A DNA stretch of 57,193 bases from a virus (taxonomy: Duplodnaviria > Caudoviricetes), in the IMG/VR virus record IMGVR_UViG_3300035670_000250, positions 1 through 57,193 of that record, one strand, 5' to 3'. Shown piece after piece: positions 1 through 9,246 of the stretch. The notes beneath the pieces were generated by a model that saw only the letters and a program-made list of their open reading frames with translations, did no database searches and was not told the DNA's origin. The first letter of the stretch is position 1, and the number at the start of each line of letters is the position of its first letter. The position numbers and the translations under genes were made by a program.

Positions 1-239
1 ACAAGAAAGTATTCTTTCGCCATCATGGGATCGACAAACAAAGCTTGTTTTTCGGCGTCTGCTTCTGCCGCGGCGGCGGCAGGATCGTCCGCTTCCAAGA
101 TGGACGCCGAGACTTGAATTCTTCTCTCCTCCAATGATTCCTCTATTTTTTCAGAAACCACCAAGAAAAGATTCTTCTTGAAAGATTCAAAATCTCTTTC
201 TACGACACAATCTACTATTTTTTGTATTTTTTCTGTCAT
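1..239 (-). CDS. Prohead core protein (gp67-like), runs off the window edge
   Basis: Not in the ORF track. ATG at 239-237 overlaps the gp20 stop (ATGA). Reads MTEKIQKIVDCVVERDFESFKKNLFLVVSEKIEESLEERRIQVSASILEA..., matching the position and helical/acidic character of gp67 after gp20. Confidence 0.6.
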   Translation of the reverse strand, partial: MTEKIQKIVDCVVERDFESFKKNLFLVVSEKIEESLEERRIQVSASILEADDPAAAAAEADAEKQALFVDPMMAKEYFL

Positions 240-1759
240 AGTCCGTATTCCGATTGATCCTGCGGAATCAATCCCTTCTTTCTTTCTTCGTCTATTTCCT
301 TCTCCATTCTGACAATTTCTTCATCAGACAACTTGAGAACATTCTTGCGAATCCATTGATAAGAGAAGAACTTACCCACATATTGTGTCATGTTCATCAA
401 CTCATCAACCTTGTCCTTACGAAGTTCTGCTTCTTTCAACTCCGAGAAGTAGGTGTCTCTCTTGAAGTCGAAATGGACATCATAACGAATCTTTTCCCAT
501 TCTTCTTTGGTAATAATTTCTCTCAGTATTAGTTGTTTACCAAGTAAATCATAAAAAATCTCACCAAACTTTGTTCTCAATCTGTTCACGAATTTCGTGA
601 ACTTAAGTTCATCTCTAGTTATTTCTGTTGATCTACCCAAAGTAAATCCTGTGTCACTCTCAAGTCGTGAAATTGGAACATTCAAAGAACGATATAGTTT
701 CTTTTGGAAGTATTTGACATCTTCCATCTCAGAAAGGTTTTGACCGCCAGGAAGAGTTTCAATTTGAGTGCCTTTTCCACCTTCGCGGCGAGGCATCCAA
801 TAATCCTCCAACATGGTCATCATTCTTCTGTTGTCACGAATTTCACCAGTGTTAGCATCATAGACCAATTTGTTTCTGTGTTTGTTCATCAAATCACGAA
901 GATATTGTTCGGCCTTCTGTTTTGGCAAGTTACCAACGTCCACATAGAAAATTCTTCTTTCAGGAGCGCGGGAGATCCTATAGATGACCACAGCGTCTTC
1001 CATCATCCTCAGTTGGTTCAAAGATTTCACTGCCTTGTGTAGATATCCAACTATTCTCTTGTTTCTCGTATCATAAAGACCCGAATTCACTGCGGCGATC
1101 GCGTCGGGAGAAATCCTCAATCCCTGAACGTCAGGTGCCGTCGCAAAATTCTTTTGACCACCTGGGAACACATACTTATGGAAAATGTAGAATTCTTCTG
1201 TATCTGCGATTAACTTGGTCCCATCTGCTCTAGTTTCTTTCTTAAATTCACGAATCTTTTGGAGATTCAGTGGATCGATGTAACGAAGTTCCACTATTCC
1301 CTTTTTGGTGTTGTTTGGATTGACAATCACATGAAAATAAAGTCTACTGTCAATATACCAACGACGAAATAATTCGTAACCTTTTGTGTTGAAATTCATC
1401 AACTCCAAGACTGTCTTGAACTCTTTGGTTATCAAGGATTTTATTTCACTATCCAAATTAACATTATCTAAATTTATTTTTACCACATCAGTATTGTCAC
1501 TAGCAATGATCGATTCATTTACTATCTCTTCAACCGCACTTTCACATTCAGGGTGAAGAGCCATATCACGATACTTTTGTATCAATTCGTAGTCACTGCG
1601 GGTGGATCCGTCCAGATCAACATACTGTCCGTAGAATCCACCCGTTTCGACTATTACCGCACCATCGTCGGTATCAGGAGGAACAAAAGAAGTTAACTTC
1701 GATTCCTCCTTCTCCCTTTTTGTCTTACCTATTTTCAGACCAAATAATTCAAATGCCAT
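236..1759 (-). CDS. gp20: Portal vertex protein
   Basis: T4 gp20 motifs YRISRAPERRIFYVDVGNLPK, EDYWMPRREGGKGTQIETLPGGQNL, LYRSLNVPISRL, ITRDELKF. Confidence 0.98.
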   Translation of the reverse strand: MAFELFGLKIGKTKREKEESKLTSFVPPDTDDGAVIVETGGFYGQYVDLDGSTRSDYELIQKYRDMALHPECESAVEEIVNESIIASDNTDVVKINLDNVNLDSEIKSLITKEFKTVLELMNFNTKGYELFRRWYIDSRLYFHVIVNPNNTKKGIVELRYIDPLNLQKIREFKKETRADGTKLIADTEEFYIFHKYVFPGGQKNFATAPDVQGLRISPDAIAAVNSGLYDTRNKRIVGYLHKAVKSLNQLRMMEDAVVIYRISRAPERRIFYVDVGNLPKQKAEQYLRDLMNKHRNKLVYDANTGEIRDNRRMMTMLEDYWMPRREGGKGTQIETLPGGQNLSEMEDVKYFQKKLYRSLNVPISRLESDTGFTLGRSTEITRDELKFTKFVNRLRTKFGEIFYDLLGKQLILREIITKEEWEKIRYDVHFDFKRDTYFSELKEAELRKDKVDELMNMTQYVGKFFSYQWIRKNVLKLSDEEIVRMEKEIDEERKKGLIPQDQSEYGL

Positions 1760-1779
1760 TTTTTATTCCTCACTTATTA

Positions 1780-2448
1780 TCAACCACCAAAAGAACCACC
1801 GATTGAAGCGAGTGCGTTAACACTAGCTAGAATTCCCCCACCACTTTCGAAGTTAAGATTGAACGAACCCGAAAATCCGAGATTTACTGCCCAATCAGAA
1901 CCAAGAACTCCCGCAGGACCAATATTTCCGTTGGTCGCAACAGGAACAAAGTGTGAATACGCCATAGTAACCGTGAACTGTTCGATAGCAGTTTCCGCAT
2001 CAAAACTCAATTCAATTGCAGCTAATTCTGTAGGCCACATATTAAAGAACTGATATGCTCTCATTGCCCTACCAGCACGATCGAGTTGTGTTACGTTCCA
2101 TTGATTGGAAGCATAAGCATCTATATTGTCAAACGCAGCAGGACTGTCCCAGTTGGAACAAGCTGTTTGCCATGCCTCAAATCGTGATCTCATCACCATA
2201 TTAGTATCATTATAAACTGTAATTTGCCAATCGTCAAAAGTTCTCGGGCCAGAAAGTTTTATTTTTCTACCACCAGGAGCAGCAACTTCCACAGTACCAA
2301 CTTTTGCCGCTGGTAAAGATGCTGCCCTACAAAGATAGGAAAACTCTTGTATACTTCCTATGTTCAACCCCTGAACCAAGAAGTAACTGGAGCGAGCTCC
2401 CCCTCTGAGCAAAGAGTTCTTGAATCCTTGAATATCTGGTAATGACAT
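1780..2448 (-). CDS. gp19: Tail tube protein with about 55-aa C-terminal extension
   Basis: GGAR..YF, LCRAASLP, GRKIKLSGPRTFDDWQITVYND, VTQLDRAG, WPTELAAIELSFD, IEQFTVT; directly downstream of the sheath genes. Confidence 0.95.
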   Translation of the reverse strand: MSLPDIQGFKNSLLRGGARSSYFLVQGLNIGSIQEFSYLCRAASLPAAKVGTVEVAAPGGRKIKLSGPRTFDDWQITVYNDTNMVMRSRFEAWQTACSNWDSPAAFDNIDAYASNQWNVTQLDRAGRAMRAYQFFNMWPTELAAIELSFDAETAIEQFTVTMAYSHFVPVATNGNIGPAGVLGSDWAVNLGFSGSFNLNFESGGGILASVNALASIGGSFGG

Positions 2449-2475
2449 TTTATCTCCTTTTACAGCCTTTGTCTG

Positions 2476-2483
2476 TATTTATA
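2476..2483 (-). promoter_or_regulatory. T4 late (gp55-type) promoter TATAAATA upstream of gp19
   Basis: Exact TATTTATA on the + strand between the sheath and tube genes. Confidence 0.85.
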
Positions 2484-2487
2484 TATT

Positions 2488-4299
2488 TTACGCACCCAAT
2501 TCTGTGAAGTTACTGTCCGATCTAGTTGCGACAAAGTTCAATTGAATGAAGTTGATGGAACGATTTGGTTTGATATAGATATCTGCCCAAAACTCGTTTC
2601 TATCAATTCTTTCTGCCGTATTGTTAGATTCGTCACAAACTACCTTGAAATCAATAATTCCTCTTCTTGCCTTGACATCCTTCAGATATGGAGTCACCAA
2701 AGAAACGAACTGTGATCTTGTGAATGGGTCGTTGAATTCGAACAAGGAGAATTTTGCCGCAGTTGCGATTGCCTTCTCCAAGACGATGAACAGTCTACGA
2801 ACATTGATTCTGTCGAATGCACTTGGTTTAGTCAATGCAGTTCTGTCACCGAAGAGGATCGTTCCCTCTCCTGGAGTGGTTATGACTGGGTTGATTCCAT
2901 CGGGATAAAGTTGATCCCTAAATGCCTTGGAGGGATTGAATGCCAACTTTATAACATTTCTGATCTGACCTCTATTGAATCCAGCGGGAGACCACCAAGG
3001 ATCATTTGTGCTATCTGTTCTAGCACACACACCAGCAACGTCTGGGTTTAGTGGAATCCAGCGATAAAGATCGTTGTATGGGTCGTATTGGTACTTATAA
3101 CCCGAGTCGATCACACAATAAGAACTTGAACCTAAAGTTGATTTGAAAGTCAAAGCTCTGTCGAGTTTTGCCTGTTCGGTTTCGATGTCACTCTTGTTTG
3201 CTGGTGAGAAGAATGCAACGCAGTCTTTTCTGTATTCTGCAATCGCCTTGATAGCACCAACACTAGTTGAATCAACAACAGCACCCGATATAAGAAGATT
3301 CACATCATATGATTCTGTATCTTCGAAAAGATTGTATCCATAAGGATCATCACTCGGGACAGTAGTGCTGACCAAATTCGCACTGGTTTGTCCTAAACCA
3401 CCAGCGAGTGGGAATGAAACTCCTCCGTTTGCACGGACTCTCGTTCCACTTGGTCCAGTTGTACCCCAATCTGCGATATATCCATATGTCCCACTATCAG
3501 TAAAACTTAAACCTGTTTGGGTGTAGAAATCAGCGGCAGCATCACCTGGAGTATCTTCCCCACCGATGTAGATATATTGTGATTTTTCGTTAATGTGTCT
3601 CTTGTAGAATACCGTTTCGCCATTTTCAAGTCTTGCTTCTGGGTATACAGAAAGATTCGAGAATCTTTCCAAAATCGTATTTTGCGCCCCTGTGAATAAA
3701 CCGTCTTGATCAATGACCAAAACATGGATTTGGTCATTCGTAGTCAAACTTGCAGCCAATGTTTGAATGTTGGTTGTGTGGTCAGGAGCTCCCTCAGATG
3801 CATATCCAAAGTTAGCATAGTATTCCACGGTTCCTTCGGTCCACGCAGTGAATCCTGCGCTTCCTGTTCCACCGGGTCCTGGGAAAATTGCAACCTTGAG
3901 TGAATCTCCCTTTTGTCCTGGATAACGAGCAAAAATTCCATTGTAGTCGTTGTCGAACAAACTTTCATTTTGGAAAAGTTCTGCTGATGGAACTGTTTGA
4001 CCATCTCCAGTGAAACAACCGACTGCATTCTTTGCATCAGAACCTACAACACGGACAACTTGAAGTGAATTCGTGTAACTTAAGTAATTGAAACCCGAAA
4101 ACCACTGAGCGTAGTTCCAATTCTTGGGATCTCCGAATACTGCTCTATATGATTTTGGCGTATCGATCAAAATCACCTGCTTTGCTGGTCCCCATTCATA
4201 GTTTCCAGCGATACCACCCAAAGAGGTAGCAACTGCTGGGACTATGGTTGTGAGGTCGATTTCCGATACATTTACACCTGGACTGACTTGAAATGCCAT
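2488..4299 (-). CDS. gp18: Tail sheath protein, paralog B
   Basis: SPGVNVSEIDLT, WGPA, WWSPAGFNRG, GDRTALTKPSAFDRINVRRLF, LFEFNDPFTR, IYIKPNRSINFIQLNFVATR. Confidence 0.97.
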   Translation of the reverse strand: MAFQVSPGVNVSEIDLTTIVPAVATSLGGIAGNYEWGPAKQVILIDTPKSYRAVFGDPKNWNYAQWFSGFNYLSYTNSLQVVRVVGSDAKNAVGCFTGDGQTVPSAELFQNESLFDNDYNGIFARYPGQKGDSLKVAIFPGPGGTGSAGFTAWTEGTVEYYANFGYASEGAPDHTTNIQTLAASLTTNDQIHVLVIDQDGLFTGAQNTILERFSNLSVYPEARLENGETVFYKRHINEKSQYIYIGGEDTPGDAAADFYTQTGLSFTDSGTYGYIADWGTTGPSGTRVRANGGVSFPLAGGLGQTSANLVSTTVPSDDPYGYNLFEDTESYDVNLLISGAVVDSTSVGAIKAIAEYRKDCVAFFSPANKSDIETEQAKLDRALTFKSTLGSSSYCVIDSGYKYQYDPYNDLYRWIPLNPDVAGVCARTDSTNDPWWSPAGFNRGQIRNVIKLAFNPSKAFRDQLYPDGINPVITTPGEGTILFGDRTALTKPSAFDRINVRRLFIVLEKAIATAAKFSLFEFNDPFTRSQFVSLVTPYLKDVKARRGIIDFKVVCDESNNTAERIDRNEFWADIYIKPNRSINFIQLNFVATRSDSNFTELGA

Positions 4300-4313
4300 A
4301 TTTCTATCTCCTT
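4267..4313. repeat. 47-bp exact direct repeat, copy 1 (RBS plus first 11 codons of gp18 B)
   Basis: tacatttacacctggactgacttgaaatgccatatttctatctcctt is identical at 4267-4313 and 6096-6142. Confidence 0.9.
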
Positions 4314-4328
4314 GATACTATATCTTTA

Positions 4329-6128
4329 TTAAGCACCAACCTCACTAAAACTTGCACCAGTTCTAGTAGCAATGAAGTTCAACTGAATGTAATTGATGGA
4401 ACGATTTGGTTTGATATAGATGTCCGCCCAAAACTCATTTCTGTCAATTCTTTCAGGTGTGTTGTTCGTCTCGTCACAGACTACCTTGAAGTCAATGAGT
4501 CCTCTTCTTGCCTTTACATCGGAAAGGAAGGGAGTCACAAGAGAAACAAATCTTGATCTTGTGAATGAATCGTTGAACTCGAACAACGAATACTTGGATG
4601 CAGTTGCAATCGCCTTCTCAAGAACAATGAACAATCTACGAACATTGATTCTGTCGAATGCACTTGGTTTTTGCAATCCTGTTCTATCACCCAAAAGAAG
4701 AATTCCAGTGTCTTTTTGGAAGATGACCGGATTGATTCCCTTGGGGTACAACCTATCCCTATAGATCTTCGAAGGATTGAACGCAAGAGCTTCTGCGTTT
4801 CTCATGATTCCTCTATTGTATCCTGCCGGAGAAAACCACGCATCATTGGTAAACTCAGTTCTTGCAACCAACCCTGCGGTATCACCATTCAGTGGAATCC
4901 AACGATAAACCAAGTTGTATGGGTCAAACTGTTTCTTATAACCAGAATCTATGAACACATAAGAACTCGATCCAACGTCGTTCTTGAATGCAATGCATCT
5001 ATCTGCCTTTGCACTTTCGGTTGCGTTTGCAGCTACTGAAGCACCAACCTTACCGATGTCACAGGAGAGGAATGCGATACAATCCTTTCTTGTTTCTGCA
5101 ATCTGAACAAGATTTTGAACATCTGAAGCACTGTTGATTCCACCACCGAGAAGAAGATTTACGTCTTCCTTTTCCGCATCGGCAAGAACTTCGTAACCTT
5201 GTTCATCAACATCAAAAAGTGATCCACTTTGTTCTCCCGTTCCACCAGAAAGTGCGATCGTGACATGTGCAGTCGAACCGTAACTAAAGACGTAATCGGT
5301 TTCTGCATCACTGATTCCCGAAACACCCAATCCAGGACCACCGAAAATAGCAGCTGGATAAAAAGCTGTATTATTCAAGTCGTAGTTGTCAACAGCACCA
5401 CCACACTTGATGTATTGTGAGGTGGTATTTATTACGTTCTTGAAGTAATTCGAAGTTCCATCATTCTTTCTTGCCTTGGGATGAAGAGAAACATTCTCGA
5501 ATTTTTCGAGAATTGTGTTCTTAACACCAGAGAAAAGTCCATCTTGATCCAAAACTGCGATATGTACCATATCGTAAGTAGTTGCTCCTGCAATACTTAT
5601 CAGATTATCAGACGATGATGGTGTTCTACCAAAAGCAGACCATATGTCTGAGTATGTGCTTGTTCCTATTGTCCCTTGTGTCCAATTTGAACCTGAAGAA
5701 ACACCATTGGAACCTATCGAAACAGCAAGACTGTTACCCTTTGTTCCTGCATATCTTGAATAAAATCCACCACCATATGTGGTTATATCAACATTGTCAT
5801 TTGGTGCGTAAGACTCCGAATCCCCTGCGGTCTTACCGGCACTGTTTGCGTTTGCAACAGAACCAGTCGCACCCATTGTCCTGACTACCTTGATGCCTTG
5901 AGAATATCCCAAAAAGTTCAAAGTGGTGAAATATTCTTCATAGTTCCACTCCTTGACATCACCAAAAATGTTTCTAAATGTTTTAGGAGTATCGATCAAA
6001 ACTGGGGTATTTGCTGGACCCCACTCAAAGTATCCAGCTATTCCCGCAATCGAAGTTGCTACAGCTGGAACTATGGTTGTTAGATCAATCTCACTTACAT
6101 TTACACCTGGACTGACTTGAAATGCCAT
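4329..6128 (-). CDS. gp18: Tail sheath protein, paralog A
   Basis: Same sheath motifs (SPGVNVSEIDLT, WFSPAGYNRG, SAFDRINVRRLF, IYIKPNRSINYIQLNF); intact 599-aa ORF with an AGGAG Shine-Dalgarno. Confidence 0.97.
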   Translation of the reverse strand: MAFQVSPGVNVSEIDLTTIVPAVATSIAGIAGYFEWGPANTPVLIDTPKTFRNIFGDVKEWNYEEYFTTLNFLGYSQGIKVVRTMGATGSVANANSAGKTAGDSESYAPNDNVDITTYGGGFYSRYAGTKGNSLAVSIGSNGVSSGSNWTQGTIGTSTYSDIWSAFGRTPSSSDNLISIAGATTYDMVHIAVLDQDGLFSGVKNTILEKFENVSLHPKARKNDGTSNYFKNVINTTSQYIKCGGAVDNYDLNNTAFYPAAIFGGPGLGVSGISDAETDYVFSYGSTAHVTIALSGGTGEQSGSLFDVDEQGYEVLADAEKEDVNLLLGGGINSASDVQNLVQIAETRKDCIAFLSCDIGKVGASVAANATESAKADRCIAFKNDVGSSSYVFIDSGYKKQFDPYNLVYRWIPLNGDTAGLVARTEFTNDAWFSPAGYNRGIMRNAEALAFNPSKIYRDRLYPKGINPVIFQKDTGILLLGDRTGLQKPSAFDRINVRRLFIVLEKAIATASKYSLFEFNDSFTRSRFVSLVTPFLSDVKARRGLIDFKVVCDETNNTPERIDRNEFWADIYIKPNRSINYIQLNFIATRTGASFSEVGA

Positions 6129-6142
6129 ATTTCTATCTCCTT
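6096..6142. repeat. 47-bp exact direct repeat, copy 2 (RBS plus first 11 codons of gp18 A)
   Basis: Identical to 4267-4313. Confidence 0.9.
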
Positions 6143-6202
6143 AGATCATCATGGAGCTTATAATTTACTATGAAGTATTTATTCTTTATGTTTTTTTGCG
6201 TT

Positions 6203-7906
6203 TTACGACCAAAAGAAACTGGAATCATCTTCCACATTGATGTCGTCGGGTGGTAATTGCCTACTCTCGGAGGGAGATCCCTCTCGGGACAAGAGGGAAG
6301 CGTCCCTCTGCCTCTCTGCTTCGAAGTCCAAAATACCGTCCTCTATGAATCCAAACGGAGACAAGGACGCTTCTAGGTCTTGTAACCTCTTTTCATAGAG
6401 TTTTCTACGAGTGTCAATGTCTATGATTTCCCTAAAATAAGTCTGTGTGGTCAACCAAGAGAAAAGAATCAGAGTGTCAACCAAGTCATCATGGTATCCT
6501 TCCGACGCCTCATAGGAAATTCCCTTGGAAATAAAGGTGCTGAACTCGGAAATCACATCCAAGTCTGAAACAACCAACTTGTCCTGCTCTATCATTTCCT
6601 TGAGGATGGAACACCCCAATTTCTTGATTTGGTAACTGGTCCGAACACCAAATTGAACTTTCCCACTCTCACCGAAACCACCGTCCACTTTTTGTCCCTT
6701 CTTCCCACGATTGGAAACCAAAAGGACGTTCTCGTATTCCAACTCCTGATAGAGAATATCCGCGACCTCGGAACCAACGTCATTGATTTCTAGTAGAACA
6801 TGTGCATTATTATAATACTTACCCATTTTTTCTATTACCGTGGGATACATGAGAACGGGAAGAGTATTGTTCCTGTATTTTGCGACCATTCGATAGGGCA
6901 TCTGAGTAACATCCATGATGGTGAAAGCGTGATAATCGGCACCCTGTGCCCTACAGGTATCAACACACATGATATAGACGTTATCTTTCTTTGGTTCTTC
7001 GAAGATATCCAACCCATCAATCGCAGAACGAATAGGTTCTTCAAAAGGCATGGATGCTAGTTTTGCGGAGGATATCAGAGTGTCTTCAGAACCAAGGAAC
7101 TGACACTCGAACTCCTGCATCCACTGCCTTTCGGAAGTGTTGCGAATGGTTTCTTCCTTGAACTTTTGGTCTCTACCCGGAATCTCGTTCCAAAGAACTT
7201 CTATGGGAACGTAGGAATTTTTCTCACTTTCGGCATTCTTCCACAACTTGTAAAACATGTTCATTCCCTTGGGTGTGCTGACGATGACCACCTTGGTCGT
7301 CTCACCCGAAGAAATGGTAGGATAAACCGAGTTGAAGAAGTCCTCAGCAATGTTGTTGGGAACGAATGCAAATTCGTCAAGTAGAATCATGCTGTATGTA
7401 TCACCACGAACCGCAGATGAAGATGTGGATGAAGCAATGACTTTCGATCCGTTTTCAAGTTGAATGGACAACTTGTTCCATTCAATTATTCCCTGTTGCA
7501 ACCATTTGGGAAGATTTTCATACGACTTCTTCAATCTCTGAAGAAGTTCTCTGGCGGTCGTCAATTTGTTCGCGAGAATTGCAACCTTCTTGTCCTGATT
7601 GAACAGAACGTGGTGAAGAAGGTATGAAATCATGGTGGTCGATTTACCACTCTGACGAGGAAGTTTGCAAATGGTAAAACGATTGTCGTGGATTGTTCTT
7701 ACGATGTTTCTTTGAAAATCATACATTTCAAAGGGAATCAATCCCTTGTCAACTTGAACAATCTTGATGTAATTTTCTATGAAGTGAATGGGGTCGTTCG
7801 AACACTTTATGTATTCTTCGACCTGTTCGGGAGTAAATTCTACAGGAGTATTTGCTGCCTTGATGAGGGGATTGCCGAGATAGTGATCATTGTTTTTCGT
7901 CGGCAT
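6203..7906 (-). CDS. gp17: Terminase large subunit
   Basis: YLGNP, Walker A PRQSGKST, Walker B ILLDEFAF, STPKGMNMFY, QEFECQF, nuclease motif HDDLV. Confidence 0.98.
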   Translation of the reverse strand: MPTKNNDHYLGNPLIKAANTPVEFTPEQVEEYIKCSNDPIHFIENYIKIVQVDKGLIPFEMYDFQRNIVRTIHDNRFTICKLPRQSGKSTTMISYLLHHVLFNQDKKVAILANKLTTARELLQRLKKSYENLPKWLQQGIIEWNKLSIQLENGSKVIASSTSSSAVRGDTYSMILLDEFAFVPNNIAEDFFNSVYPTISSGETTKVVIVSTPKGMNMFYKLWKNAESEKNSYVPIEVLWNEIPGRDQKFKEETIRNTSERQWMQEFECQFLGSEDTLISSAKLASMPFEEPIRSAIDGLDIFEEPKKDNVYIMCVDTCRAQGADYHAFTIMDVTQMPYRMVAKYRNNTLPVLMYPTVIEKMGKYYNNAHVLLEINDVGSEVADILYQELEYENVLLVSNRGKKGQKVDGGFGESGKVQFGVRTSYQIKKLGCSILKEMIEQDKLVVSDLDVISEFSTFISKGISYEASEGYHDDLVDTLILFSWLTTQTYFREIIDIDTRRKLYEKRLQDLEASLSPFGFIEDGILDFEAERQRDASLLSREGSPSESRQLPPDDINVEDDSSFFWS

Positions 7907-8342
7907 CCTTCTTCTCCAACTGCTTTGCTTTCTTTCGTTCTGAAAGGAACTTCTGAAGTTCCGCAGTGCTTCCTACATAAATGGAGTTGTTGGTTATGGA
8001 CTTTGGTCCACTTCCTCCCTCTTCCTTCTTCAAGTCCTTCATCTTCTTATGGAGGTCCATCAATTTACCGTTTGCATCCAAACTACTATGAATAAGTTGC
8101 GCAACCACTTCATATGCGCGTGGACTCTCGCTTTCGCTAGCTACATCTAGAATACCTTCTATAGCTGCTTCAGATTGGCTTATTATATTTTTTAGGTTTT
8201 TTCTTACAAGAGCATAATCTGAATCAGCTTGCTCTTGTGTAGCTGGTACAGCTTTTACTTCTTTGATTTCTTTTTCTTCTACAACAGGAATATATTCTAT
8301 TCCTAAAGCATCAGATATATTTTTTTCTACTTTATCACTCAT
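7887..8342 (-). CDS. gp16: Terminase small subunit
   Basis: DY..VR.NL, SESPRAYEVVAQLI, NNSIYVGSTAELQKFL; overlaps the gp17 start. Confidence 0.95.
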   Translation of the reverse strand: MSDKVEKNISDALGIEYIPVVEEKEIKEVKAVPATQEQADSDYALVRKNLKNIISQSEAAIEGILDVASESESPRAYEVVAQLIHSSLDANGKLMDLHKKMKDLKKEEGGSGPKSITNNSIYVGSTAELQKFLSERKKAKQLEKKDADEKQ

Positions 8343-8391
8343 TTGTTAAAGTTCTATAGGAACCTTCGGCTACAACGCCAATTTCCACTTC

Positions 8392-8399
8392 TATTTATA
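8392..8399 (-). promoter_or_regulatory. T4 late promoter TATAAATA upstream of gp16
   Basis: Exact TATTTATA on the + strand in the gp15-gp16 gap. Confidence 0.85.
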
Positions 8400-8418
8400 C
8401 ACCCCAAAAACTAAATCC

Positions 8419-9240
8419 TCAAGAAAATGGGTCTTTTGTGTAAACCATGTAATATTGTGCGCTAGCTCCTGAAAGACCCAAATCAAAGTTATTTATATTC
8501 ACATCCCCAGTCAATCCTGTCTCCAAAGTCATGAATGGTTCGTCTACGCCAATGGTAAATACAGAGGTAACAACTTTCCCGATCATTCCTTCTGGAATAG
8601 AAATATCCCCAGTCGAACCTGACAGTCCTTGAGTATTTAATTTTCTTATTGGTCCATAGTAAAATAACTTACAGTCAAACTCCAAAGTAGACACTATAAC
8701 TTTCCTTTCGGCATCCATTTGAGTATCAGCAACATTATCTTCATATGTGACACTTTTTAATATGAACGGGACATCAACACTCATATCAGTGGGATTGACC
8801 ATTTTTACATTAACAGAATACTCAGGAGCAAACCAAGGGAATATTTGCTCTAAAATTTGAAGCATGTCTTCAGTATTCTTTGTGAACAAGTTAAGATTAA
8901 ATTTTATTATGTAAGGAACTCTACCATAACGATAATACACCTCATTATCTTTTGTATATAAACTTCGTTGAAAAGTATCATTTTTCCTACTCGCATCGTA
9001 GCTAAATAAATTAAAATCAAATGACATCCTAGGCAAAGCGTTGTAAAAATTGTTTTGTAGAGTGGGGTTTTGATTTAATCTACTGATAAATTTTTGTTTG
9101 GACATGTAAGACAGAGGAATTTTTATTCTCTCTTTTTCAGTTCCATCTGTCTCATATCTAGCAACATAGATATCATTGAACATAGACCCAAATGCAACTA
9201 TCGCCTTTTTAGTTATTTGATGATTGAAAAATTCGAACAT
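8419..9240 (-). CDS. gp15: Tail sheath stabiliser / tail completion protein
   Basis: IVAFGSMFNDIYV, KIPLSY...KF, LPRMSF, YDASRK, QILEQIFPWFAP, YGPI. Confidence 0.93.
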   Translation of the reverse strand: MFEFFNHQITKKAIVAFGSMFNDIYVARYETDGTEKERIKIPLSYMSKQKFISRLNQNPTLQNNFYNALPRMSFDFNLFSYDASRKNDTFQRSLYTKDNEVYYRYGRVPYIIKFNLNLFTKNTEDMLQILEQIFPWFAPEYSVNVKMVNPTDMSVDVPFILKSVTYEDNVADTQMDAERKVIVSTLEFDCKLFYYGPIRKLNTQGLSGSTGDISIPEGMIGKVVTSVFTIGVDEPFMTLETGLTGDVNINNFDLGLSGASAQYYMVYTKDPFS

Positions 9241-9246
9241 TTGAAA

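Noticed and set aside
2488-6128. Sheath duplication as an assembly artefact or pseudogene
   Set aside because: The copies are strongly diverged in the middle and at synonymous sites, and both are intact with an RBS.
8343-8391. Small hairpins in the gp16 leader as a pac site or structured RNA
   Set aside because: Stems are only 3-5 bp; not distinguishable from chance.
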